Positions 1-11,384 are shown, counted from the first letter of the whole stretch. The stretch is DNA of 63,730 nt, filler included, from Octopus bimaculoides (GCF_001194135.2; 9 parts of 9 records of this genome joined end to end with filler, not necessarily neighbours in it); one strand, 5' to 3'. The notes: generated from the sequence alone by a model not told the origin. Made by a program: numbers and translations.

Positions 1-250
1 TATTGAATCTGGCTTTCCATTGGAAGATCTTAGCCAAGTGTAAGCCCTACACCATCGGCAGCGGAAAATGCGGTCTTTGTGATATGGAAAGATGGCTCAT
101 CTAGAGAGAGAGAATCAAGATAAGGAACAGGGTATCAAGAAGTGATGCAGTACGATCGTTTCAAGCAGCTCCATTTAATTGAGCAATGCAATCATTACAT
201 CAATTTAAATGCAGGGCTATCCTCAGCTGCATAAATAAATAAATAAATAG
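1..250 (+). mobile_element. Penelope-like element remnant: C-terminal end of GIY-YIG endonuclease ORF (pseudogenised)
   Basis: Frame from nt 3 reads LNLAFHWKILAKCKPYTIGSGKCGLCDMERWLI* (3-104), matching the PLE C-terminal WKIL..C.PY..G...C.LC..E pattern. It is followed by a degenerate ..HQFK.. segment and an (AAAT)n run at about 233-249. Truncated by the window edge. Confidence 0.7.
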
Positions 251-1125
251 AATTTTAATCAGTCGGACACATTAATATAATTTTATTCAAATACTTTAAC
301 AGAGCACAAAGATGGAAAAAATCCATGTTGCTGCTATTGTAGCTAAGAATATACTACACTCCCAAGAAATGCAAAGGATTGTAGTTCATTTCTAATTTAT
401 TTGTCTTTTTATCAATTACTACATCTAAGGCTAGAGGATTGTGTCTGTTTGGATGAAGGGCAAGAGTGAGTTGACAGCTCATGGCTAGGTATTGTCATAA
501 ATATTGTCAAGATTTTAGGAGTAGTAAATTGGGTACAAAGTATCTGTCTATAAAGGAGGCTGAGTAGGGGGAGACCCCAAATCATGATGTTAATTACCAG
601 TTAAAGGGGCAAGATGCTAATAAAATCTGTGATGTTAATACAGAGGAAATTTTATCATGGGGTACTATGGGTGATTGTTCATGAACAATATTGTTATGAT
701 GTATACAAAATAAAATTTAAGATTATCAAAATTATATCATAACCAAAATAGATAAAATATACATATATATCAATTTTCAACATTAGAAAGGAAAGATTAC
801 ATAGAATCAGTTAAATATTCATTCATTTACTTAATTATTTACTTATTAGATGGTTTCTATAAAGACTGCTCTGGGCAGACAAATATACTATCAATATATT
901 AATTATAAGCCAAGAATCAGAAAAAATAAAGTTGTGTACAGATACACACACATATTTATCTATGTGAACACATACACAAATATTTATACATTTGTATGGA
1001 TATAGTATAACCATCTCACATAGACTTAAGTAACTAGAAAGTATCTATCTCTATTTAAGAACAGTAACAATTTATAAGGGATAAGAGGTTAATAGGTAAA
1101 GATATCAAATTAAGAAAACAAAATA

Positions 1126-1502
1126 AGTCATTTTCTTATCGTGCCTTAAAATTTAACACACTCACCGTTAAAATTTCCACTTATTATTTTTATTTTCTTA
1201 AAATTTTCGTTGCGTCTTGCAACCTTTTCAATAGTCTTGACTCTGCCCATTATTTACATTGTGTTCTGTTTTTGCTTTTATTTTTTTTTTGCGCATGCGT
1301 GTGTCTCAGTGTATGTGTATGTATGTACACATGTATGTGCATATGTATATATGTATGTATGTGTGTGTATGTATATATGTATGTATGTGTGTGTTTGCAT
1401 GTATGTATGTATGTATGTATTCTGCATTTGTGTGTCTTTTTTATGTATGTATGTGCATTTGTGTATATGTATGTACCTCTGTCTCCTTGTGTGTGCGTGT
1501 CT

Positions 1503-1546
<44 letters not shown>

Positions 1547-1841
1547 CTATGTACCATGTTTGCATGTATGGGTGCACATCTTCATGTGTGGACACATGTG
1601 TATGTATATGTGGTCATGTGTTTCAGTCTCTATTTGCGTATGCGGTTGTCTGTTCATATACCCTATGTACCTACCCATACATACATGTGCATGCACACAC
1701 CCACACTCACAGACATACATACATCTATCTGCATAAAAGCCCATCAACTGTTCTACTTTACCTGTGTAAAATGTGGGTATGGTAGTATAATATCTATGTA
1801 TATTTCCTATTTAGTATTGGGGAAGTTTCATTTATAAGGAC
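1126..1841 (-). repeat. Left arm of long inverted repeat (ORF end + 3' UTR/pLTR)
   Basis: Reverse complement of 2148-2892, with scattered substitutions and microsatellite length differences. Confidence 0.9.
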
Positions 1842-2132
1842 GTACTCCTGTATTTGTCTTAGAGTTGGGTCTTTTGGGTGCTTGGATAAGATGCGGATGT
1901 CAAGTTGACCCAAGTTGCCTCCATGCTGGTCTTTGGCATGTTGGTAGAGTATGGAGGACTGTTTTTTGTCGTCATATTGTCTCATATGTACGTTTAGCCG
2001 TTCCGCAATCCTCCTAGATGTTTCACCTATATATGTCATATTCAGGTCTTTACAAGCACCTTCCATGCATTTTATGCTGTAAACTACATTTCTATTTCTG
2101 CAGTTAATGCCAGGGCTGATCCTACATACCAT
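1794..2132 (-). pseudogene. PLE GIY-YIG endonuclease domain (112-aa open fragment, 5'-truncated)
   Basis: (C)MVCRISPGINCRNRNVVYSIKCMEGACKDLNMTYIGETSRRIAERLNVH...LYQHAKDQH...RQIQEYVLI contains the VVY/YIG dyad, the conserved R and E, and the Cys/His (CCHH-type) pattern typical of PLE endonucleases. TAG stop at 1794-1796. Confidence 0.9.
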
Positions 2133-2147
2133 GCAGTTATCATTGGT

Positions 2148-2892
2148 GTCCTTATAAATGAAACTTCCCCAATACTAAATAGGAAATATACATAGATATC
2201 ATACCCCCATACCCACATTTTACACAGGTAAAGTAGAACAGTTGATGGGATTTTATGCAGATAGATGTATGTATGTCTGTGAGTGTGGGTGGGTGTGTGT
2301 GTGTGTGCATGCACATGTATGTATGGGTAGGTACATAGGGTATATGAACAGACAACGGCATACGCAAATAGAGACTGAAACACATGACCACATATACACA
2401 CACGTGTCCACACATGAAGATGTGCACCCATACATGCAAACATGGTACATAGCAGCAAAGCGCACACACACACACTCTCAGACACGCACACACAAGGAGA
2501 CAGACGTACATACATACATATACACACATGCACACACATACATAAAAAAAAACACAAATGCAGAATACATACAACATACATGCAAACACACACATACATA
2601 CATATATACATACACACACATACATACATATATACATATGCACACACACACAGACATACATACACACACATGCACACATACATGCGTACATACATACACA
2701 CACACTGAGACACACGCATGCGCAAAAACAAAACAAAAAAGAAAAGCAAACACAGAACGCAACGTAAATAACGGACAGAGTCAAGACTATTGAAAAGGTT
2801 GCAAGACGCAATGAAAATTTTAGGAAAATAAAAATAAGTGGAAATTTTAACGGTGTGTGTGTTAAATTTTAAGGCACGACAAGAAAATGACT
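2148..2892 (+). repeat. Right arm of long inverted repeat (inverted pLTR copy)
   Basis: Starts in the last codons of the ORF (VLINETSPILNRKYT*) and runs to ...aagaaaatgact at 2892. Confidence 0.9.
2787..2823 (+). ncRNA. Possible degenerate minimal hammerhead ribozyme in pLTR (mirror copy at about 1197-1234 on minus)
   Basis: cta-TTGAAAA-G-GTTGC-aagac-GCAAT(C)-GAAA-ATT-T-tag has HHR topology with a 5-bp stem II and an AATT palindrome, but two core substitutions relative to CUGAAGA. Confidence 0.3.
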
Positions 2893-3493
2893 CTCCCCAG
2901 ACACAACAGAATATGCTTCAACACGAAATCACATAAAAAAATCTTGCAAACCAAATCCAAAAACGAAAAAAAATAATAGGAATTTATAGACAATGATAAG
3001 AAATATATATAACTTACATTTAAAGAGACAGGGTCTTAAAATTTGAGATAGGGAAGAGATAACAGTAACCCCAAAGGAGGAAGTAGTATGTATGAGAGTT
3101 GTGAGGGCAGTTGGAGGTATTCAGACTGAAGAGATTTTTAAGTTGTAATGTTACAGTTTCTATTATATATATGATATTATAGTTTCTAGGGGACTTACTT
3201 ACATAAAAGCCATTACAAATATGCATAATATGATCAGTAGGGTAGAGCATCACAGAAAGGAACAAAGAGTTTAAGCACCAAAAACATGATGAAGTCAGAC
3301 TAACTAGGCAGAAGTTTTCATGGGATAGTAATTACATGTAGCACACCACATACCATAACATATAGCTTATAATATATGCAATGCAACTTAATTCACCATA
3401 TAACTCAATATCCCATGATTTTATTATATATAATTCTAGAGGGAAAGTTCACAACAGATGCGACACATACACACACACACATACGCGTGTATA

Positions 3494-5014
3494 CATCATC
3501 ATCATCATCGTTTAACGTCCACTTTCCATGCTAGCATGGGTTGGACGATTTGACTGAGGACTGGTGAAACCAGATGGCTACACCAGGCTCCAATCTGATT
3601 TGGCAGAGTTTCTACAGCTGGATGCCCTTCCTAATGCCAACCACTCAGAGAGTGTAGTGGGTGCTTTTACGTGTCACCTGCACGAAGGCCAGTCAGGTGG
3701 TACTGGCAACGGCCATGCTCAAAATAGTGTATTTTATGTGCCACCCGCACAAAAGCCAGTCCAGGGGCACTGGCAACGATCTCGNNNNNNNNNNNNNNNN
3801 NNNNNNNNNNNNNNNNNNNNNNNNNNNNNNNNNNNNNNNNNNNNNNNNNNNNNNNNNNNNNNNNNNNNNNNNNNNNNNNNNNNNNNNNNNNNNNNNNNNN
3901 NNNNNNNNNNNNNNNNNNNNNNNNNNNNNNNNNNNNNNNNNNNNNNNNNNNNNNNNNNNNNNNNNNNNNNNNNNNNNNNNNNNNNNNNNNNNNNNNNNNN
4001 NNNNNNNNNNNNNNNNNNNNNNNNNNNNNNNNNNNNNNNNNNNNNNNNNNNNNNNNNNNNNNNNNNNNNNNNNNNNNNNNNNNNNNNNNNNNNNNNNNNN
4101 NNNNNNNNNNNNNNNNNNNNNNNNNNNNNNNNNNNNNNNNNNNNNNNNNNNNNNNNNNNNNNNNNNNNNNNNNNNNNNNNNNNNNNNNNNNNNNNNNNNN
4201 NNNNNNNNNNNNNNNNNNNNNNNNNNNNNNNNNNNNNNNNNNNNNNNNNNNNNNNNNNNNNNNNNNNNNNNNNNNNNNNNNNNNNNNNNNNNNNNNNNNN
4301 NNNNNNNNNNNNNNNNNNNNNNNNNNNNNNNNNNNNNNNNNNNNNNNNNNNNNNNNNNNNNNNNNNNNNNNNNNNNNNNNNNNNNNNNNNNNNNNNNNNN
4401 NNNNNNNNNNNNNNNNNNNNNNNNNNNNNNNNNNNNNNNNNNNNNNNNNNNNNNNNNNNNNNNNNNNNNNNNNNNNNNNNNNNNNNNNNNNNNNNNNNNN
4501 NNNNNNNNNNNNNNNNNNNNNNNNNNNNNNNNNNNNNNNNNNNNNNNNNNNNNNNNNNNNNNNNNNNNNNNNNNNNNNNNNNNNNNNNNNNNNNNNNNNN
4601 NNNNNNNNNNNNNNNNNNNNNNNNNNTGGCATGGGTGCCAGTCGTCAAATTTCACTCGATTTTGATTTCACTTTTCGTGTCCAATGAGGGAGAAGACGTT
4701 GGCATGGGTGCCAGTCGTCAAATTTAACTCGATTTCGATTTCACTTGCCTCAACAGGTCTTCGCAAGTGGAAGTTTAGTGTCCAATTTAACTCGATTTCG
4801 ATTTCACTTGCCTCAACAGGTCTTCACAAGTGGAAGTTTAGTGTCCAATTTACCCCGATTTCGATTTCACTTGCCTCAACATGTCTTCGCAAGTGGAGTT
4901 TAGTGTCCAATGAAGGAAGGTACTCATAAAGTGGACTGGCTGAGGCCATAGATTTAGGTGTCACTTGGCTTGCCGGGTCTTCTTACGCATAGCATATTTC
5001 CAAAGGTCTCGGTC
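3494..5014 (-). mobile_element. RTE-clade LINE 3' fragment with long repeat-containing 3' UTR and (GAT)n tail (spans gap 3785-4626)
   Basis: Minus strand reads DRDLWKYAMRKKTRQAK* (TGA = tca at 4961-4963). It ends ...ggacgttaaacgatgatgatg at about 3494-3520. Linkage across the gap is inferred. Confidence 0.7.
4720..4908. repeat. Three tandem copies of a 63-bp unit inside the RTE 3' UTR
   Basis: The unit aatttaactcgatttcgatttcacttgcctcaacaggtcttcgcaagtggaagtttagtgtcc repeats with a 63-nt period. Confidence 0.9.
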
Positions 5015-5060
5015 AGAAAGCCACACATACATATACACACATTATGTGTGTGTGCATAAA

Positions 5061-5252
5061 CAGCTAGACAGGTGGACAAATAGATAAATGTATACAAACC
5101 TGCATACAAAAACACACATATCTATATATGTATATATGCATTATATATACATACATGCACACATGTGTATATATATGTTTGTAGTACTATGATCTTCAAT
5201 AAATATTCTCAGGGTAGCAGTGAACAGGGTTCTTTGAGACCAATGCCAAGTA

Positions 5253-5296
<44 letters not shown>

Positions 5297-5378
5297 CGCG
5301 CGCATGTATATGTGTGTAATTAAGCCCCTAGCCAACTGCTGTGGCCAGTCAACGTGTCTGGGCCACTTTTGAAAGAAC
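5061..5378 (+). repeat. Copy 1 of a diverged direct duplication (copy 2 at 6548-6821)
   Basis: Shared blocks agctagaca..ggacaaat.gataaatgtat, tttgtagta.tatg.tcttcaataaatattctc, gtaattaagccc.tagccaactgctgtggccagt, cacttttgaaagaac. Confidence 0.85.
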
Positions 5379-6547
5379 AGTGTGTGTGTGTGTGTGTGTG
5401 AGAGCGCACACGTGTGTATTTTCTTCCACCTTAAACTGAGTGTCGATAAGACATTCACTGCATACCAGCCTTTTGACTTTTGTTGTTTTTGTTTTTATTT
5501 TTGATTTACCCAGGGTGCATAAGATATATATATATATCAGTGGTNNNNNNNNNNNNNNNNNNNNNNNNNNNNNNNNNNNNNNNNNNNNNNNNNNNNNNNN
5601 NNNNNNNNNNNNNNNNNNNNNNNNNNNNNNNNNNNNNNNNNNNNNNNNNNNNNNNNNNNNNNNNNNNNNNNNNNNNNNNNNNNNNNNNNNNNNNNNNNNN
5701 NNNNNNNNNNNNNNNNNNNNNNNNNNNNNNNNNNNNNNNNNNNNNNNNNNNNNNNNNNNNNNNNNNNNNNNNNNNNNNNNNNNNNNNNNNNNNNNNNNNN
5801 NNNNNNNNNNNNNNNNNNNNNNNNNNNNNNNNNNNNNNNNNNNNNNNNNNNNNNNNNNNNNNNNNNNNNNNNNNNNNNNNNNNNNNNNNNNNNNNNNNNN
5901 NNNNNNNNNNNNNNNNNNNNNNNNNNNNNNNNNNNNNNNNNNNNNNNNNNNNNNNNNNNNNNNNNNNNNNNNNNNNNNNNNNNNNNNNNNNNNNNNNNNN
6001 NNNNNNNNNNNNNNNNNNNNNNNNNNNNNNNNNNNNNNNNNNNNNNNNNNNNNNNNNNNNNNNNNNNNNNNNNNNNNNNNNNNNNNNNNNNNNNNNNNNN
6101 NNNNNNNNNNNNNNNNNNNNNNNNNNNNNNNNNNNNNNNNNNNNNNNNNNNNNNNNNNNNNNNNNNNNNNNNNNNNNNNNNNNNNNNNNNNNNNNNNNNN
6201 NNNNNNNNNNNNNNNNNNNNNNNNNNNNNNNNNNNNNNNNNNNNNNNNNNNNNNNNNNNNNNNNNNNNNNNNNNNNNNNNNNNNNNNNNNNNNNNNNNNN
6301 NNNNNNNNNNNNNNNNNNNNNNNNNNNNNNNNNNNNNNNNNNNNNNNNNNNNNNNNNNNNNNNNNNNNNNNNNNNNNNNNNNNNNNNNNNNNNNNNNNNN
6401 NNNNNNNNNNNNNNNNNNNNNNNNNNNNNNNNNNNNNNNNNNNNNNNNNNNNNNNNNNNNNNNNNNNNNNNNNATATATATATATGTATGCTTATAACCT
6501 CACATATGTACATATACATATACACACATGTATGTGTGTATATAGAT

Positions 6548-6821
6548 AGCTAGACAAACGGACAAATTGATAAATGTATGCAAACGTGCATACAAAAACA
6601 TACACATATACATACATACACACACACACATACGTGTATATATAAGTATGTTTGTAGTATTATGGTCTTCAATAAATATTCTCTGTGAAGCAGTGAACCA
6701 GGTTCTTTGAGAGCAGTGCCATGTGTGTGCACGTGCACGTGCATGTGTATGTGTGTGTGTAATTAAGCCCTTAGCCAACTGCTGTGGCCAGTAAGTGTGA
6801 TTGGGACACTTTTGAAAGAAC
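6548..6821 (+). repeat. Copy 2 of the diverged direct duplication
   Basis: Same blocks in the same order as 5061-5378, about 1.49 kb downstream across an N gap. Confidence 0.85.
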
Positions 6822-6974
6822 TATGTGTGTATTCTTATAATTTTGTTGCTGCTGTGTTGCTTTTTCTCAGTATTATTTCTTTCATATTTCCAGGGAATTC
6901 CTAAGGGAATTTTATGACCAGCTGGTCAGTGGTACCCAACGTAATAACAGTATATGTATGTATGTATGTCTCTT

Positions 6975-7363
6975 CATCATCATCATCATCAAGTGTTTTA
7001 AATCTGGGTTTTGTCCCCATTAACAAAGGTGGCTGGATCTACCTCAGTGCCATAGCAATGCCCTCATACCATCTCACCTGGTTTTGGGTGTCATCCTTTT
7101 TCAAACCAACTCTCCCAATCACCTCTTCCTACTGTCCCCTCCACCTTTTCCTCGGTCTACCTCTTTTGCACTCCATTTACCTCAAACAAAATCACCCTCC
7201 TAAGAACATGCTCTTCACCCCTCCCCAACAGATGCCTATATCACCTCACTCCATTCACCCTTGCCAACCATTCCACTGATTCCTCCAACCCTAACATTCC
7301 CATCAAATCCTCAGTTCTCCTCTTATCAAACAGCTTCACCCTACACATTTCTCTCCCCATTGC
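6975..7363 (-). mobile_element. RTE-clade LINE 3' end with (GAT)n tail
   Basis: Minus strand reads AMGREMCRVKLFDKRRTEDLMGMLGLEESVEWLARVNGVR*YRHLL...RGRPRKRW (RTE C-terminal RW.GH...RGRP..W pattern), then gatgatgat. Confidence 0.8.
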
Positions 7364-7407
7364 NNNNNNNNNNNNNNNNNNNNNNNNNNNNNNNNNNNNN
7401 NNNNNNN

Positions 7408-7419
7408 TTAATTAATTAA
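7408..7419. other. Assembly gap linker TTAATTAATTAA (also 18730, 28291, 35544, 51648, 56137, 58742, 62604)
   Basis: An identical 12-mer sits at the centre of eight roughly 100-nt N gaps. It is palindromic and has stops in all six frames. Confidence 0.9.
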
Positions 7420-7604
7420 NNNNNNNNNNNNNNNNNNNNNNNNNNNNNNNNNNNNNNNNNNNNATATATATAAAGATAGCTAAGAGACACAAGGCATGCT
7501 ATAAAAGCTGGGTGCCTAGATTCGCGTCTCCAAAGCAAGAAACTATTAGAAGCTCGTATCTTTATATTGTGTACTAAATGATATTTCATTGTTTGTTTTT
7601 ATTT

Positions 7605-7962
7605 TGTTATTTGTTTCAGTGATTTGACTGCCACCATGCAGGAGCACCTCTTTGAAGGGTCATAGCCAAAAATCGACCCCAGAACTTATCTTTTAAGCTA
7701 AATACTTAATCTATCGGGTTCTCTTGCCGAACCGCTATGTTACGGGGACGTAAACACACCAACACCGGTTGTCAAGCGGTAATGGGGAGAAAAGCACAGA
7801 CACGAAGACACGCATATAGATATATACACACACACACACACATATATATATGACTGGCTTCTTTTGAGTTTCCGTCTATCAAATCCACTCACAAGGCTTT
7901 GGTCGGCCCGAGGCTATAGTAGAAGACACTTGCACAAGGTGCCACGCAGTGGGACTGAACCC
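7605..7962 (-). mobile_element. tRNA-head SINE family A (5'-truncated)
   Basis: Reverse complement of the family motifs gggttcagtcccactgcgtggcacc, gaccaaagccttgtgagtggattt, gtgtttacgtccccgtaac, gcggttcggcaa shared with about 11 other copies in the window. Confidence 0.9.
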
Positions 7963-8047
7963 GTGTATGTGTGTGTGTGTATACATATATATATATGCAA
8001 TATGCGCATATATATATGTATGTCTCTATCTACAAATCTATCTATCC

Positions 8048-8083
<36 letters not shown>

Positions 8084-8467
8084 NNNNNNNNNNNNNNNNN
8101 NNNNNNNNNNNNNNNNNNNNNNNNNNNNNNNNNNNNNNNNNNNNNNNNNNNNNNNNNNNNNNNNNNNNNNNNNNNNNNNNNNNNNNNNNNNNNNNNNNNN
8201 NNNNNNNNNNNNNNNNNNNNNNNNNNNNNNNNNNNNNNNNNNNNNNNNNNNNNNNNNNNNNNNNNNNNNNNNNNNNNNNNNNNNNNNNNNNNNNNNNNNN
8301 NNNNNNNNNNNNNNNNNNNNNNNNNNNNNNNNNNNNNNNNNNNNNNNNNNNNNNNNNNNNNNNNNNNNNNNNNNNNNNNNNNNNNNNNNNNNNNNNNNNN
8401 NNNNNNNNNNNNNNNNNNNNNNNNNNNNNNNNNNNNNNNNNNNNNNNNNNNNNNNNTATATATATAT

Positions 8468-9668
8468 GACAGAGGTTTAACATCGATCCAGACTGCCTTT
8501 GAATGTCGTATCATATCCCTTCGGCAACGTCTTTTAACCACCAAGTGTCGAAGTGCATCACTTAACCAAGCTTACAACATGAGGCTGATAACATCATAAG
8601 ACTTGGAAGGCAGCTCCTCGAGCAGCAATTCTTGTCTGATAACCTTAAATACGTTCCGAAAGAAGTCGCACGACTCTACCGCAACATATTATCAGATGAA
8701 AGGATGAGCGTTTATTAGCAGAAGACCATGCATAGATATGTTGGTAGAAAGCTCAGAGATGATAGTAACATTGATCATCAAAGCATTTTATCATAGACCA
8801 ACAACCAGGTTAGCACAAAAGGGACGGAAATGCAGAAAAAAAATCGATGCAGATTTTGTGGAGTTAACACCGAAGATATCGCCCACATCATAAGCAGCTG
8901 TCCGAAAATGTCATCATGGTATCATCTACTGATGAGATATGATGTTGTAGCTAGGACACTGTATAATGAGATCTATCGAAAAGACAACCCCAAGGACAAA
9001 GAAATAAGAACCCACAGTATGGTAGAAGCCACAGCCACTCATAATAAAAAGCAATACTGGTGGAATGTCCCGGTGAAAATCTCAATAAAATGTAAAACAC
9101 AATAGACCTGATATAATGATTTGGGTTAGAGAAGAGAAACTGTGTGAAGTTGTGGAAATCAACTGCCCAGCTGATGTCAACATAAAGCTGAAGATCAGCG
9201 AAAAAGAGAATATCTACGTGGAACTATTGAGAAATTTGTTGTTACTCTATCCAGATTATGCCTGTAACTATTGGGGCACTGGGATATGTAACACACTGCC
9301 TAAATACCAATCTTGAAAAATTAGGTTTCCAAAACCAGAAAGGAGAAAGCTGATTCGAAGACTACAGATCCAAGCCATCACTGGAACTGTAAAAATCTGT
9401 AAAACTCTCGAAAAGTTTTAAGTATATGTGAGCATGTCTAGATATGCAAGAATATGCATAAGAAGACATACATAAAACAAAACATACAAATCTGCATGTA
9501 TACATACATACATACATACATACAAAAATACCTCGTTGTTTGTGTTGAAATTCCAATGAAGGAGCCTTGTATCTAGGTTAGAAACCGACTCTTTCTCTAT
9601 TGGCAAGAATTCTTGCAATAAAACTGAATAATAACATACATACATACATACATACATACAAACATACA
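8468..9668 (+). mobile_element. R4/Dong-type (REL endonuclease) non-LTR retrotransposon, 3' fragment ending in (CATA)n
   Basis: Reads DRGLTSIQ (GRGL motif), CRFCGVNTEDIAHIISSC (CX2CX8HX4C knuckle), WWNVPV..., RPDIMIWVREEKLCEVVEINCP (PD..E restriction-like endonuclease), with frameshifts. (CATA)n tail at about 9634-9668. Confidence 0.85.
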
Positions 9669-9708
9669 TTATATAATACTGGGTTTAAAATACTTTGGAT
9701 AGAAAAAG

Positions 9709-9790
9709 TCGAAGGCTACTCGTGGGACTCCAACCCATATTGTCTGTAAACATGACAGACGTTCTACCATTGTGTTAGAGCAATCCTTCG
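9709..9790 (-). pseudogene. tRNA-like pseudogene / tRNA-derived SINE head
   Basis: Minus strand: ttgctc-ta-acacaatggtagaac-g-TCTGT-catgttt-ACAGA-caat-aTGGG-ttggagt-CCCAc-gagtag. Anticodon and T stems pair, the D stem is degenerate, and the whole is closed by cgaagg/ccttcg. Confidence 0.5.
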
Positions 9791-9912
9791 AATTTCTCTA
9801 TCAATTTTACCAACGGGAATTGTATATAGTTTACATCATACAAATTTTGAAACACATAGTGATGAAAAATGTATCTTTTTTTAAAGCAATATGCGCGCGC
9901 GTGTGTGTGCCT

Positions 9913-9955
<43 letters not shown>

Positions 9956-10104
9956 ATATATCATATATCATATATCATATTATATTATATTATGTTATAT
10001 TATATTACAGAAAGAATTCTAATAATGCAAGCTAAAGGAATATTATTTTAGGAAAGTGTGTGGTAAAATTAATACTGAAATAAGATAATATCAGGATAAC
10101 AAGA

Positions 10105-10353
10105 AATAGTGGTTTCGAAATTTGGTACAAAGCTTTCAATCTCGAAAAGGGGGCAAGTTGATTACATCGACCCCAGTGCTCAACTGGCACTTATTTTATT
10201 TTATCGACCCCAGTGCTCAACCAGTACTTATTTTATCGACCCCGAAAGAATTTTAGGCAAAGTCGACTTCGTTGGAATTTAAATTCAGACCCTAAAGAAC
10301 CAGACGAGATGTCACTAAGCATGTTCGACGCGCAAATGATTTTTGCCGCCTTA
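10105..10353 (-). mobile_element. tRNA-head SINE family B with short internal tandem duplication
   Basis: Reverse complement of gagttcaaattcc..gaagtcgactttgcct..tttcggggtcgataaaataagtac. atcgaccccagtgctcaac is duplicated at about 10166 and 10203. Confidence 0.8.
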
Positions 10354-11295
10354 GGATAGCAAGAAATAATACCCGTTTTTCAGTTGTAATGACCTGATAC
10401 ACGTGCAGTTACTCATAAGCTAATTACCTAAGAAATACTATTCGGTGTATCGGCAATTATACTCATCTTTTCTTTGGCTGGTATTCTTTTGAACGATTCT
10501 CTGGTTATGCAACGAAATGATTTTTCTTTGAGAAGGAATTGCAGAATAAGGGGTTTGTTTAAATATTTGCTCATATTGATTAACTTATGAATTTGTTGTC
10601 TTTGTGGAAGTTTTTGCTGATTAGATTGTTTTATCATGTAGGTTATAATGCTCGTGTTACACGGTGGATCAGACCAGATCTCATTTCTCTTACCAAAAAT
10701 TTTGTTTTCTTGTTTAAGTGAGTGAGTTATATATTGCTATATATTGCTATATATGGCTATGTGAAATGTTGATTACCTGAAACTTATAAATATTTGTTTA
10801 AATATTTGATGTGTTGTTGGAATTTAGGTTTTTGGCTAGGTTTTATACACGATTCGCAGAAATTTAAGGTTAAGTTTATCGTTGTATACTGGAAGTTGGC
10901 GATACTAAGTTGGTTTCTATGATAATTTAGAGTTTAAATTGAACACAAAGTACCCCATATCAATAACGAATAGAAAGACAAAGCTAACGTCAATTTGTAG
11001 ACAAAGTGTGAAATTTTTGCTTTCACTTTTCTGAACCCTTTTCTCGTCATGTATCACTGCCCTCTTGTCGTTTTCTTCAACATCTAAGACACAAGCTGCT
11101 GAAGATTACTGTACCCAAAATCTGTGGATACTAAGCGTTAAACTAAGGAGAAGAAATAGCAACAAGATCACAAAATAGGGAGGTGGCATGTTCGATTATT
11201 TCGACCCTAATATCGGACTGCGAACATATTTTATCGACCACAGAAAAGTGAAAAGCTAAATGCTATTCTATGAATTCTTCCATTCAACACTCAAA

Positions 11296-11296
<1 letters not shown>

Positions 11297-11384
<88 letters not shown>

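Larger units (their letters stand above)
1126..2892 (-). mobile_element. 5'-truncated Penelope-like element with inverted terminal duplication (fold-back structure)
   Basis: 1126-1841 is the reverse complement of 2148-2892 (e.g. gtgccttaaaatttaacac / gtgttaaattttaaggcac; tatttcctatttagtattggggaagtttcatttataaggac / its reverse complement at 2148). The loop 1842-2147 encodes a GIY-YIG domain. Confidence 0.9.

Noticed and set aside
4720-4908. 63-bp repeats as a CRISPR-like array
   Set aside because: Contiguous tandem units with no unique spacers, in a eukaryotic LINE UTR
8929-8935. CTGATGA inside the R4-type LINE (also 35981-35987)
   Set aside because: No stem II/GAAA/stem I context, so not a hammerhead
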